Source: Patellaria atrata CBS 101060 (lineage: Eukaryota). From it: a stretch of DNA of 64,000 nucleotides. This document shows positions 41,501 to 53,800 of this stretch, one piece after another. The translations under genes and the position numbers were made by a program. The stretch covers positions 1,075,301-1,139,300 of the forward strand of contig MU006093.1 of assembly GCA_010093705.1 (NCBI GenBank), in the 5' to 3' direction. The notes under the pieces are model-generated. The model searched no databases and was not told where the DNA came from. It worked only from the letters and a program-made list of their open reading frames with translations. The stretch's first letter is position 1. The number at the start of each line of letters is the position of its first letter.

Positions 41501-41798
41501 TATCAGATGCTTTGACGGTCTGTTCCGTCTTGGTGTGTTCAGTCTTAAGCTCTGCACTATGGATCTTCAGTTGCAAGGAGTTCAGAACAATCTTCTTGGT
41601 AGTCTTCAAGATCTCAAGGGCGATTTTCACTGTCCCTTGATAACTGAAGTCGCCTCCATATTCGAGATCATACAGAGAAATAGCATAGTTCGAGGGTTTA
41701 ACCCTATAGCAAAGTCAGTAGAGCTGTTGTAGCCATCGACCTTACGGAGGATTAGAAAGTGCTCACGAATCTGGGAGAATATCTCTATCGGCCGCCAT
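38585..41798 (-). CDS. APE2: M1-family alanine/arginine aminopeptidase (Ape2/Aap1-like)
   Basis: [32 protein letters not shown]...LWLNEGFA zinc motif and an ERAP1-like C-terminus. Many introns. Proximal ATG at 41798; an upstream in-frame ATG lies at 42023. Confidence 0.93.
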
Positions 41799-42742
41799 GG
41801 TGTTCATGTGAATTCCGCACGATTTCCGAATGCTCTGGTGAAAGCTGCGACAGTTCGATGGGGAGCCGGAGGTTTGTGAATGATATGCAGTTGCTCTTCT
41901 CTGGCTACGAAATAAGAGAAGGGACAAGTTACGTATTACTGAGCTTCCTGAAGAGGGAGGTGATTTTGGTGAGAATACCCCACAAACATGAAGACCCCGC
42001 CATGCCCATACTGGTGAGTGCATTAGAGTAAGATTCTGAGACCTGCCGTACAGTACGAGAACGAACCGCAAAGCATGCAACCGGTCCAAGGATCAATTGC
42101 AAACAAGCGGATGCATCTACGGAACCAACGTTACCAATAGTCATACAATTTCAGTTATAGCATAAGTGATCTTTGAGAACCATCGCAGTACTACCGTGTA
42201 CCTTACTGAGTAAGGTAAGGTAGGTTCAAGGGTTGCTCAGGGGGTTAAGCTGGGCAACGAAGCTATAGTAGGTAAGGCGATCTCGTGTCGCACGCATCTC
42301 GAAAGCTTCGCAGGGCAATGGAAATGTGGTATCCTATTCACTACATCAAAGATGCCCATATCGAGGGCTAGAAAATTGTTCTTTGAAGAGACATGCTGTC
42401 AAGTGAGTGGTATAGGGAGAGTAGCCGGTTACCTTACACATTATGTATTCCTATTAGGAAGCGATGAATTTCTCCCAATAGACAAGCACGTGCTCTGGTT
42501 TGAAGACGTTCTTACAAGCTGGTGTCTGGTATAACTGGAAAGGGGTATCTATTTTATACAATCTTCGAGGTTTCGATTTAACGTTTCACTTATTCCTAGA
42601 AACCAAAGCACCCAAATGAATAACACCAGCGCCATGTCAATGCCCTGATGCTACCCGGAGACAATAGTAATCTTCCATCACCGGCGCCGTACCTCGTTAT
42701 GACATAAAGAGAAAAAAGGCTAGGGGAAATTGTCGTAGCCGC

Positions 42743-43238
42743 TTAAAGACGAAGGATGATATCCATACAAGAGACTCTCCACTCCTTCCGAATTCCTAGA
42801 CTCCTTGTCCAATCACCGGCGGGAGCCTGTATATGAGCCCCAGATCCTGTGACTCTCCGCTTGACACTCTCAAGTGCAGCGCTCGCTATTGCAGATGCGC
42901 TTTGGTTGATGGCAGAGGCGACCAAAGACGCTGTCTCCAATGTAGTATTTGATGCGATTGTATCGTTTGACACAGTATGGGGGAGGTTGGAAGAAGAATA
43001 TCGAGGTTCAAACCAGTTCGTGCGGAAGTCGAATAATGATAGGACTAACACCGCTAGAATGACGGAACAATATACGCAGGGACGGTTGAGGAAGTAGGTC
43101 GCAGAGATGAACAGGACGAGGTAGATGGGTGAAGCATTTGTGCTGTTCCGAGATTAGAACTTCCTCTCAGATTTAACTACGCATTCTTAGGGCTTACAGA
43201 AAGAAGAGCATCGGTATCCAACTACGAAGACAGAACAT
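42743..43238 (-). CDS. Bladder cancer-related BC10/BLCAP family small membrane protein
   Basis: MFCLRSWIPMLFFL|TNASPIYLVLF...NRPCVYCSVILAVLVL matches the BC10 MxCLxW...PCxxC pattern; one intron at ~43143-43197. Confidence 0.8.
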
Positions 43239-44363
43239 GATGTCCTGGTAGATATATCAATTCTTGAGGTGTGACGTTTTCTCAAGCTACTTATATAGAT
43301 CTGACCGAGACCCTGAAGCGAAGTGTTACATGAGATTGAACCCGAGTGTCGGAGTATAGACGTCGTAAGTAAGGTCAGAAAGAAAATGGGTCTATTGGTG
43401 AGGAAACAGATATAATTTTAGGTTATTGAATGAGCATGTGAGAGCATGTACACTTCGATTGGCGTGGCGTGCAATGTTGCTGACAATCTTGGGGATCTGC
43501 ACGTGCCTCGAGTCAGCATTCAAATTTGGTTCTCAAATAGTTTTTACCGGGCCGACGTCACTCCAGAATATGGAGCACCAGGAGCACCATGGTGGAGTAT
43601 GGAGTCCAGAAAACACCACCCACCACAAGGCATTTCATTAGGTCATGCCCACGGGCTACTTGAATGCATATTACTGAAGGGTCAAGAGAAAAAATCAATA
43701 TTATCGGCACAGTGCCGTAATATATACAAGATGGGACATCCCCTAAGCTAATTTCCGTACGAGTACAGTAGCTGAATATAGAAACACAGATGCTCAAGGA
43801 ACCAGATACGGAAAAGCAAAATCTTTGAATATTTTAAAGTGTCCGATCTGTGTATACATACGGAGCAAGAATAGGAGCAATCGTACGTCAAAGCCGATTC
43901 CCACATCGGTGGACGAGATACTTCGCTTCGTACGCTTCGTAGAACAAGAATCATCCAGTAGTAGCCCCTCGATGATCAGGATACCTATATCTTATCGTAC
44001 AACCAGCCATGAACCTCATATATGGAGTATGGCAATCCATCACCTGAAGGTCTACAATAAACGCTAAAGCAAGTCATCTTTCGCTTGTACACAGCTGTAG
44101 GCTGCTAAGTTTGGAATTGATATAGGCCGTGAGCCAGCGCTACACAAGGCCTTATGTAACTGTGAACTAGTACTGCAGATTATACGGTACACCTCTGAAA
44201 AATATAATGCTTGAAGAACAAGATTTCGCTCTGGACCCGTCTCCTTGCTTGTACAAGTAAACATATGATCATCTGCACGGACATCGTAGCTTCCTTTGCG
44301 GCGCAGTCTAAAAGACCCGAGGAAAATTCAGGCCGCAGTTCTGGATAATAGCAGAAGGTAGAT

Positions 44364-45177
44364 TTATAAGGGTAAGGTAGTTTCTTCAATCCACCAACTC
44401 CTGAAAAGGATTAGTCTTTGCGTACGCTCCAGAGCGATACGTTTCCCTGTTTCAGTCTTTTGAAGTAAGCATAGTGCACATTTTCTATAGAAGTTCACAA
44501 ATACCTTCATCATGCTTCCAAGTTTCTCCAACTTTTCCGTGAAGTGGTCAATAGTCTGTTGCATACCATCTTTGGATCGTTTTGCACCACCAAATGTAAA
44601 AGCTCTTCCTATGCCGACAGCACCAATGGCGTCTAGCCTGTCCGCATCTTGGACGATTGCTAGCTCTGGATATTGTGATATGATAGTGTTGATCAATTCC
44701 GGATTCTTCATCTCAGTCGAGAATGACACATGTGTGGCAATCATTTGAACCTTCAGTGCAAGTTCTTCTGATGCTCCTCGCTCTCGGAGAAGGTCTGCGA
44801 TCTGGTTTTCTGGATCATGATCTGGCTCCACATACTTCTTGTCACCGACATCATGAAGGAGGCTAATTCAAACATGTAAGAGCTTGATGATGGAGAGACT
44901 AGAGGAATAGACGAATACATCTAACATTGTGACAGTACGGGTAATTGCATAGAGAGTGACTAGTGACTAGAATATAAACTCACGCAGCAAGAATAACAGT
45001 ATCAGTATCAAAAATGACATTGACCTTCTTCTCACGTTCACTATTCATAATACTCTTAGAGAGAGCAAGGACACGTTTAATATGATTGTAGTCGTGGGAC
45101 GCGTCGAACCTAGACATGAAATCTTTCACGTAGACCTCTACAGAACCCACTATATCGCTTCCCACTAATGAATCCAT
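44364..45177 (-). CDS. HD-domain metal-dependent phosphohydrolase
   Basis: [49 protein letters not shown] and HFTEKL motifs; two introns. Confidence 0.92.
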
Positions 45178-45420
45178 TGTGGAGTGTGCATTGACTTTTG
45201 GGTAAAATGATATGCGTGACTTGCCAAAAGTCTGTGAACTCTTGTTACTGTACTGTATAATACTGTACAGTGAAAAGTAGAGGAAAATCAACCTCGGCCC
45301 AGGACCCTGACGCGCTTGACCTGAGCCTCAGGGAGTTGAGAGCGCTGCCACATTATCCTCAACCATCCCATCAACCTCTACAAACTCCTCTTAGAAACCT
45401 CGAAGAAACAAACGAATGTA

Positions 45421-46715
45421 ATGGGACTGTACAAGCAGGCATCGTTCAAGATGCCTGAAACCTTATCGCTCCAGCCGAAATGGTTGGGGATGTACAGTGA
45501 CTTCATCATCAAGAACTCGAGCGCCGTGTCGCAAATCGAATCAGCCTTACGCTCTCTGACATATATTATACCAGGTAAATTGCTTCATATAGGTTATGAC
45601 TGGGTAATATGTTAACTCTTTCAAAGGGCGCTTTCGCGAATCCGAGATTGCCTCAGAATCCCGTAAGTCCTCATGACGATATATCCAGCGCTCAATTGAC
45701 AAGTTCACAGTCCATAGTGGCGTCCAGGTGCTATCATTATACCATGACTCTCTTCTTGCGAAGTCTTCTGAAAGACTTCCGAGGTCACAAAGACCGCAAT
45801 CTAGTCCACACAATCGGTATACCAAGTTCTGGACTCAAAAGTCCCCCACATACAAGCGCATTGCGCTTATTCTACAAATGATTCAGTATACGGAACTACT
45901 ATGGGAGATGGCCGCGAAACGAAGAGGAGAAAAAGTTCGGTGGAGAATAGTAGTAATATTAGAGGCTGTCAAAGCTCTTTGTCGATTGTTGTTATTGCGG
46001 TTGACGAACTCACGACCGCTACTTTCCCCACCCCTGCCGGAGAGAGAGATCGATCCTAGTTCTCTTGAGGAATCTTCGTCCTCCATGGATGGTATGGATA
46101 CACCTCCAAATGAACGTTTCGATGAAACTCATTGGACAATGCCTCGGACCGGGCTCTCTCTTCCTACGCTGCCGGACTCATCCGATATATCAAATTACCT
46201 ACTATCGAAAGTTCTTACGGCAGACGATATCAAACCTCCAAAAGCACTGTTGCACAGAGTCACCGGTAAAGGAGAACTAGCGGAATGCTTATATATCCTA
46301 CGACCAGTGATATATGCGCTTGCAATGCAGCATTGGAGTGGAGATAGGAAGAGCTGGCGCCCGTGGCTACTGGGAGTCAGTATAGAGTACGGTGCTCGAC
46401 AGCTAGCGAAAGCTGATTTCCAGGAGCGGCTTGCTGGCGGGCTGCGGGGATTGACAGCGTTAGAGAGGGAAGAGCTACGGAAGAGAGGTTGGGCTCTCGG
46501 ATGGTGGGCTATGCGTGGTGCATTCTATGAGAATATCACTAAGTAAGTGATCATCCCCATCTTCATAAGGCGCTTCTACTAACTTGGATAGGTCATGGAT
46601 ACATGGCTTGACTGGCAAACTCCGCAATAAGCCTATAGTAGACTTGCTTGGAGGTATCATCGAGGATTATGAATTCCTCTGGGATCAATATTATTTCCCT
46701 ACCGCAACCTTATAA
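45421..46715 (+). CDS. PEX16: Peroxisomal membrane protein Pex16
   Basis: NSSAVSQIESALRSLTYIIPGRFRESEIASE, YTELLWEMAAKRRGEKVRWR and WWAMRGAFYENITK motifs; three introns. The start may instead be the ATG at 45451. Confidence 0.93.
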
Positions 46716-47150
46716 TCTCCTTATATTTTAGGTAGAATTCATTATCTCTGATTCTTAGGCTATGAATTGTTGGTTTGGCGTCCATTACCCCTACTTCTTG
46801 TATAATACTTTGCACTTTTTCGTAGTATCAAGGGAATCGACCATGGAAAGTCTAGGTCAGCAGGTCACAGGGCGGTGGGGCAAAGAGATACCAATGAGTT
46901 GACGAATATATTAATCCACAACACATTCAATACTCAAATAATGTTAGTCTAGCAATTAGGAACATCTTTGCGACTCAACTATAAGCTTCACGTGAGGCGC
47001 GCGGCAGCCAAGCGCAAGCGCGGCGGACCTCTCAAGCTTTCGTAGCTCTCAGAATACCTAGCACGCATCACATAGCATCCAACAAATAACTCTCCCTAAA
47101 CTGCCATCCCACTCGCGATAACTTGATAGATTCTCTTGTTACACTCCGTC

Positions 47151-48340
47151 ATGCCCGCAACGACAGCAGAAACATTATCACTAGTAACGAGAAACGTCTC
47201 CGTAGCGCCACTCGTGCTACTCTCCGTCGCAGATCACTATGGTCGCTCTGCAAAGGGCACACGGAAACGAGTCGTCGGCGTCCTCCTAGGTCAGAATGAT
47301 GGAAAGAATGCGCGGGTGTCAAATAGTTTCGCAGGTATGCCTACAGCATCCCGAGTTTCTTGTCAGCCAATTGTCAGCCAATTGTCAGCCAATCTAACCA
47401 CCTCCATAGTTCCCTTCGAAGAAGACGAGAAAGATCCCTCAGTATGGTTTTTAGACCACAATTACGTCGAATCGATGAACGACATGTTTAAGAAGGTGAA
47501 CGCGCGGGAAAAGCTCATAGGCTGGTATCACTCTGGACCCAAGTTACGAGCCTCTGATTTAGAGATCAACGAGCTATTCAAGAGATACACGCCTAACCCA
47601 CTCCTCGTCATCATTGATGTTCAGCCAAAGGAAGTTGGCGTGCCCACAGATGCATACTTTGCGGTAGAGGAAATCAAAGATGTAAGGCCCCACCCGTCTT
47701 TCCCCTCCTTAGAAGTAAGGCTGACAGGACATAGGACGGGACCACAACCTCCAAAACATTCGTGCATACCCCTTCAATCATCGAAGCCGAAGAAGCCGAA
47801 GAAATCGGTGTCGAACACCTCCTACGCGACATCCGCGACGTCGCCGTCGGCACTCTTTCCACCCGTGTAACCTCTCAGCTACAATCGTTGCAGGGCCTAC
47901 ATTTACGTCTCCGAGACATCGGGACCTACCTTCAGAAAGTGCTCGACGGCGAGCTCCCCGTCAACCACGCCATCCTCGGCAACCTCCAAGACGTCTTCAA
48001 CCTACTACCTAATCTCTCAACGCCGAAAGTGGGCGCCGGTGTGGCGGGCACGACTGAGAACTCAGACCTTGCTCGAGCGATGAGTGTGAAGACGAACGAT
48101 CAGCTGATGACGATCTACCTATCAAGTTTGATCAGGAGCATCACAGCGTTTCATGATCTCATTGAAAATAAGATCCAGAACAGGCAGCAGCAGGAGGAGA
48201 AGGATAATGGGAGCAAGGAGGCTAATGGAAAGGAAGGTGAGAAGAAGGTGAATGGGATCGTGAATGGGGAAGCAAAGGATGAAAAGGCCGAGAAAACCGA
48301 AAAAGGGAAGGGAGATAAGGGGGATAAGAGGAGAGGGTGA
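47151..48340 (+). CDS. RPN8: 26S proteasome lid subunit Rpn8 (PSMD7, MPN domain)
   Basis: [29 protein letters not shown] and [17 protein letters not shown] motifs; introns 47335-47409 and 47682-47734. Confidence 0.97.
47360..47392. repeat. 11-bp tandem repeat (TTGTCAGCCAA) x3 inside RPN8 intron 1
   Basis: Perfect triplicate directly visible upstream of the CTAAC branch site. Confidence 0.95.
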
Positions 48341-49753
48341 GGAATAGGAGGTAAAGAGCGAGAGAACGGTAAGGGGCGAGAGGAGGAGAAGTTACAGTGA
48401 GCGGGGGATGCTCGAGCTTGGAGTTGAGGCGATAGCGATGTAATATACCGCATCTTAAGTACGGATCATGATCTACCTTAGCAGCATAGCATAGAGAAAG
48501 AAATCACAAAAAGTTCAAGACTAGTTTATGTGTACGAGAGACTGCTGAGGCGAATTGTACTGTGAGGTGTGCTTGCGTGAATACGCGATACAGATGTCTG
48601 ACGGCACGACGCAAAGTAACACTACTCCAAGATGCAATCATGGTCAAACCGACATCAACACCGCGAGCCATTGTAACTGCAATATCATGGACTGTCCGGC
48701 ATTCAGGTCAGAGAGGCGGGGAGTAAATTCAAGAATTCATGCCGTTTACTATACAACTGAAAGGTGGTGGTGAGTAAGCATGTCACGAGGGAGTGGTTGG
48801 AAAGGGGGGTGTGGTATTCCCTGATTGGAAGGGTCAGATGGACAAGTGTGAATATCGAAAACAGGAATTCTCTTTATTGGTGCACACCCTCTACAACCCC
48901 ATGTGATTATTAGTTGGTAAGATGGGAGGGTGTGCTGTGTTCAGAATCGTACAAGGTCGAAGATAAGGTAGAAAGTCGGTTCTGAATTTCTGTTTGGAAA
49001 GATGAAAGTAGTTCTAGGTATCCACAGGCTGGTGGATGTGATGCTGTTGAAAACCCTTGGCTGTGTATAAATGTGGAGAATGAGGTTGAATAAAAGGGCG
49101 AACCCCGAAGTAGTCTAGAGCATCGTAAAGAATGATGGCGTTGTATCCTTGCTCCCATCACATGAAGCTTGAATTTATAGTTTTCTAAGCACGTGGGGAT
49201 CAAGGAGTTACTTCCGTTAAGGTATGCAGTAGTTCAATCCGATCGAATTCCACTTGTCTAACTACATTAAGCATCAAATGAGGGTCTCCCTAGGGAGCCT
49301 CAACAATCCCTACACGTTCTACCCTAACTACACTTCATCTCATCGATCTCCATTTGATGCATACAATCTTCTAACTCCACATCCACCATCTGGATAGCGA
49401 GTGCACGTAATACGCTCCGAATATATCAGTAGCGAGGGGGTATCAGAGACGAGACCCAACATGAAACTCCCAAATTGCACAGCAAAAAACTCCATGTCAT
49501 GAAACCCATCGTAAAGGGTCCGCAGTACATAAATAGGCAGACAAATACCCAAAACAAAGAAAACCCCCGTGACATAAGCGCAAATAGAGTGCGCATTCCC
49601 CCAGATCGTAGGAAGGAAAAGACAACCAGACCCAAAGAGAACACCGTTCGTTAAAATGCAATGCCGTCGTGTTAAGTTGATAAGGGTTGCGAAATTAAAT
49701 ACGGTGTAACCTCAATGAGGGATACACAAAGTGGAGAGAAGAATATTCATGAA

Positions 49754-50893
49754 TTACAAGTACTGCTCGAAGAATTCGGGGCGGAACCACCCGACCTTCT
49801 CATAAGCAGACCACAATTTACTTGCTTTGTTGACGTCGATCTTACACGCTTGCTGAGCATCGGTCTTACGGAACTCTTTACCAATCTTGAGTGCTTCAAT
49901 GCGTGCTTGAAAGATACGACGCTTGCTACAGAGGTATGTAGCGCAGGAAAGACGAAGGGTGGCAGCGAGCGTTACTTCGGCCTCGTGAAGTAGGTGTCTG
50001 TCGAGATCTGCAGAGAGATCGAGCATTTGGCCTTTCCAATCCGCCTTGAGGATCTTGTTGTTGCCTTTAGGCAGAGTAGACGTTGGCGGAGAGAAGTCGG
50101 GTAGAGCATTATAATCAACGTCATCCCTATTGGTAGGTGCTCTCGGCGTCTTCGGCGATGCGTGAACGTCAAACGAGTCGTAGACGAACGTCTGGGGAGT
50201 TCTCCGAGGAGGTCGAGGTTGGCGAGGGTTCCTTCCGATAAGTGGCGCTGTCTTGAACTTCTTGATTCCGGAAGGAGCAGGTGCGAGTGTCCGGAGATTG
50301 GATTTGGGGAACTTGTTCTTGGCCTTATTCATCCGAGATAGGTACTCAGCCATGATAGCACGTTCTCTCTTCATGTACTCTCGAGGGTTTTGGTTGTAGT
50401 TCTTGTACACCGTTGAGACGCATGAGACAGCCAGCTTGTACTCATCGCGCGTAGGCTCGTTGATGTGTGATTCTTTCGACGCAATGTGCTCAGAAACGAT
50501 GGAGTCAACGTCAACATCGCTTTGCGATTGGGGAAATAGAGGCAAGTCTTGAGAGACGGTCTCGTAGCGGTCGCTATCTGAAAATAGTTCCGGGTCCCTA
50601 ATTCTCTCCCCATCCACCGAGTGTATAGCATTGTTTTCCTTCTGCGCTGATGTGTACGGGGAGATGGGAGGTGAAGGTGGTAGTCCTTCTCTTTCGGAGG
50701 CCGCTCGTCGGTAGAGGGGTCCTAGATTGGTGGTCTTGTCGGTTGAGAAGGAAGAGAGAGGAGTGCGCATAGTTGGACCAGCCATTGGTGATTGGAAACT
50801 CTCGAGCTTCTTTGTCTCTGGAGGTGAAAGTAGTGAGGAAACGGCAAAGCGACTATCGTGCTTTATACTTGAACTTGTAGAGGAAGAAGCCAT
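49754..50893 (-). CDS. FUN19: SWIRM-domain protein, Fun19-like
   Basis: C-terminal LHEAEVTLAATLRLSCATYLCSKRRIF...FRKTDAQQACKIDVNKASKLWSAYEKVGW SWIRM domain; N-terminal SSLLSPP motif. Confidence 0.9.
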   Translation of the reverse strand: MASSSTSSSIKHDSRFAVSSLLSPPETKKLESFQSPMAGPTMRTPLSSFSTDKTTNLGPLYRRAASEREGLPPSPPISPYTSAQKENNAIHSVDGERIRDPELFSDSDRYETVSQDLPLFPQSQSDVDVDSIVSEHIASKESHINEPTRDEYKLAVSCVSTVYKNYNQNPREYMKRERAIMAEYLSRMNKAKNKFPKSNLRTLAPAPSGIKKFKTAPLIGRNPRQPRPPRRTPQTFVYDSFDVHASPKTPRAPTNRDDVDYNALPDFSPPTSTLPKGNNKILKADWKGQMLDLSADLDRHLLHEAEVTLAATLRLSCATYLCSKRRIFQARIEALKIGKEFRKTDAQQACKIDVNKASKLWSAYEKVGWFRPEFFEQYL

Positions 50894-53800
50894 TGTAGGC
50901 TTGAATTCTGCGATTGGTGTGGTTGCAGAGCGATTGGTGTGCAGGATGGTGCTTTGAGAGTGTAAGAAGTGTGGAAAGTGTGAGAAGGGAAAGGTATGGA
51001 GGAGAGAGGGTGAGTCTTATATAGAAGCCTAGCTGATGTGGCAAGGCAGTCAATAGCCCAATTTGCGTATTGTCAGCGGTAAGGCTCGTGATGGGTCAAT
51101 TGATCGCAATCAATGGTACAAGAATGAGTCGTAACCACACTTTGAATTGCTGAATTGACTGAACTGACCGAATAAATGTATGGAAGCGAACAAAGTTAAA
51201 TTTCAGCAGACAACCGTTTTCTGGTTGCACAATTGAACAAAGAGTTCTGAAAATGGAGGGTTTGGGGGATAAAGGCGACTATAAAGAGAATGTGAGATGG
51301 GCTGTGTCTTAATTCAGGTCAGGCTGCAGTAAGAACGAATGAACGAATGATCATAGAAAGTATCTAGGTGTACCCTAGGTTGGTATGACTGGTTTGAAAC
51401 GCATAATCAGGCGGATACCTTCGCAATTATGGAACAAAGAGCACCGCCGCAAGGGAGTAGTAGGGTGGGTAGGTACTTGCACTGGTATGGTAGGTTGGAA
51501 GTGCTGGCAGGCTTGCGAGTTAACAAGTAACACAACCAGGCACCTGCGCACCCTACAGATACATACCCACCTACCGTACCCTCCCCTAGGTACTCCCCTA
51601 CCCTCCCATACGTGGTGCGCGTGCTGGACTCGCCTCAGGTTGAGCGAACGTTGTTACCTGACTGAAGTGCTGACGAATCCGGATGGAAGACGACAGAAGC
51701 GGCCCCAAAATATGGGGGGGCAGTATTGTTGGAGCGTGTGAGCAACCGGCGATAGTCGATAATTGGCCCCTTTCCGAAGCGGAAGCACGGGAAAACCCCC
51801 TAATAACGGGCGATTATTAGTAGTCTCACCTCTCTCGCGTCTCCTCTCTGATGGGGGTTGCTGTGCGGCGGCGATGATGCTACGTTCTTGAGTCAAAAAT
51901 GAAAGAAGGTTTTACGCCCGTGGTTCCAAGGGATTTTAGGAGGGGTTAAGCGTGCGTGCGTTTCCGTCTGCTGCCTGTGCTCACAATTTGCAGCATTTGC
52001 AGCCTTTTGCCTCCCTCATTCCCCACACCCCAACTTGAACTTCTACCATACCCTACTAACCCCCCCCCCTCCACCCCCCATTTTATCTACATTGACTACC
52101 CCGGCCAAGTTACTTCTACGTCCGAGATCACACGCATGGAGTTGTGAGCAGGCATTCTGGATGGAACCATGGGCCAGTATCCCTAGACAAAACATAATAC
52201 CAGTCCAGGCCCCATGCCAACCTCAACTTCTCCCTCAGCTTCTGCGCGAAACGGCCCTAATCTCCTTCTACGTTGAGATACGACTACATACACGCGATAC
52301 ATGTCGCAATCTCATTCATCGCCTTCCTCCGACCGTCTTAGAAGCAATTGAAAATAAAGCGACCATTGAGATTTCAATTGATCAATTTGTCTTGCCGTCT
52401 CTACTTCGATAACAGTATCCACTTATACAACGGATTTGACGAGTTGGCAATTGCGTTGTCCAGCAACAATTGGACAATGAAGAGGACGTATCCATGCCTG
52501 GGAAAGGGAGTCCTGCCAGTCCGTGTTTCGCGATGATAGTTATATTCCAACTTTCCAGCCTGGCCAACAACGCCCAGTATCCTGAATTACTGACTGGGAG
52601 CCAATAATGGCCCATTCATTCCCTTTCCTGCAATCTGTTTGCTCGTTGCCTAAGCTTGCACCCAGACTACGCAATTGAGGTAAGTGACCTATTGCTGGGG
52701 ACAATCTGATTGGTTCAAGGGCAATTTCACGAGACAAAGAGATGTCATTACGGTAACGTTAACCTGGTGAACTCTCCGTCGAAAACTCTCCACCAACCCA
52801 AGTGCTGTGTGTACCTTACATTTACAATACCTTACCTTCCACCTCATCCTCCGTCTCGCTCCATCCCACAATAGTAGTTGGGTCGAAATTGTTAATCGAT
52901 CTATGGTCAATTGTAGCAGCTTCGTTTAGTAGTTGCGTGAGTGGCGTCCGTAATTCTCGGACATGCTCATATGGGATTTTGCAGGTCCTAACTGTGGAGG
53001 CGACGGCCTAAATCATCGATAAACTCCGAGCCGCACTTATCCTGCGATTCCTGAACGCAAATCGCAGACTGTGGATCATCGCTGCTCAAATATGGCATCT
53101 ATGTACGACCAACTATGTATCCGGTTGCAGCGACGTCGCCTCTGGCAGAGCCGGAAGCGGCATGTTCAAAAGTACAGTTGATGGATGCCCACCGAAATAT
53201 TGAACGCAGCCCAGTTGCTGAATTGAGGCTTCAATTGCTCTGTATTGACTCTGCTAGGCTGGCTCTCATATCTCATCTGACGCCGATGTCTCAATTGCAG
53301 TGTGGTGTCGTAACGTGGTCCTGTGAGCAATAATACAGACTACGTCTAGGCTCACCTACTTCTCATACTTGGAACATGTGAAAGCAGCCGGTTTCAGCTG
53401 AGCCGGCTTATCCCTAGTCCAACAGGTCGATAACCCTCGCCAATAACAAGAGACCATCCCCTCCCCCACGATCCAGGAGGTGACGGGGAGTACAAGGGCG
53501 AGAAGTACGACGACATCTGACAGGGTCGCGAAGCCTAAATTAGAAGCCAAGGCGACCAGTTGAGCGAGCAGCATTCCAGCAATCAGGACTGATCAGCGAT
53601 CATGAGAGCAATACGATAAAAAGCTGATGTGAGAAAGGGTTCAATGGAGGGAAGGAGGGTTATTATTGTATATTCTTGGTGTCACATAGGACTCAAACCG
53701 AAGAAATAGAAGAGGAAGAATAGGAGCATACCGTACCTTACCTTGCTAAGTGAGGGTATCAAGGGGGTAAAGGCGAGGTTCGTTATCCGCAGTTACCGTT

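Noticed and set aside
46874..46884. GGTGGGGCAAA upstream of RPN8, resembling the PACE/Rpn4 site GGTGGCAAA
   Set aside because: Imperfect match (two extra G) lying ~270 bp upstream, so it cannot be supported as a site.
52872..52885. TAGTAGTTGGGTCG resembling a segment of fungal 5S rRNA
   Set aside because: The flanks do not continue the ~120-nt 5S sequence or structure.
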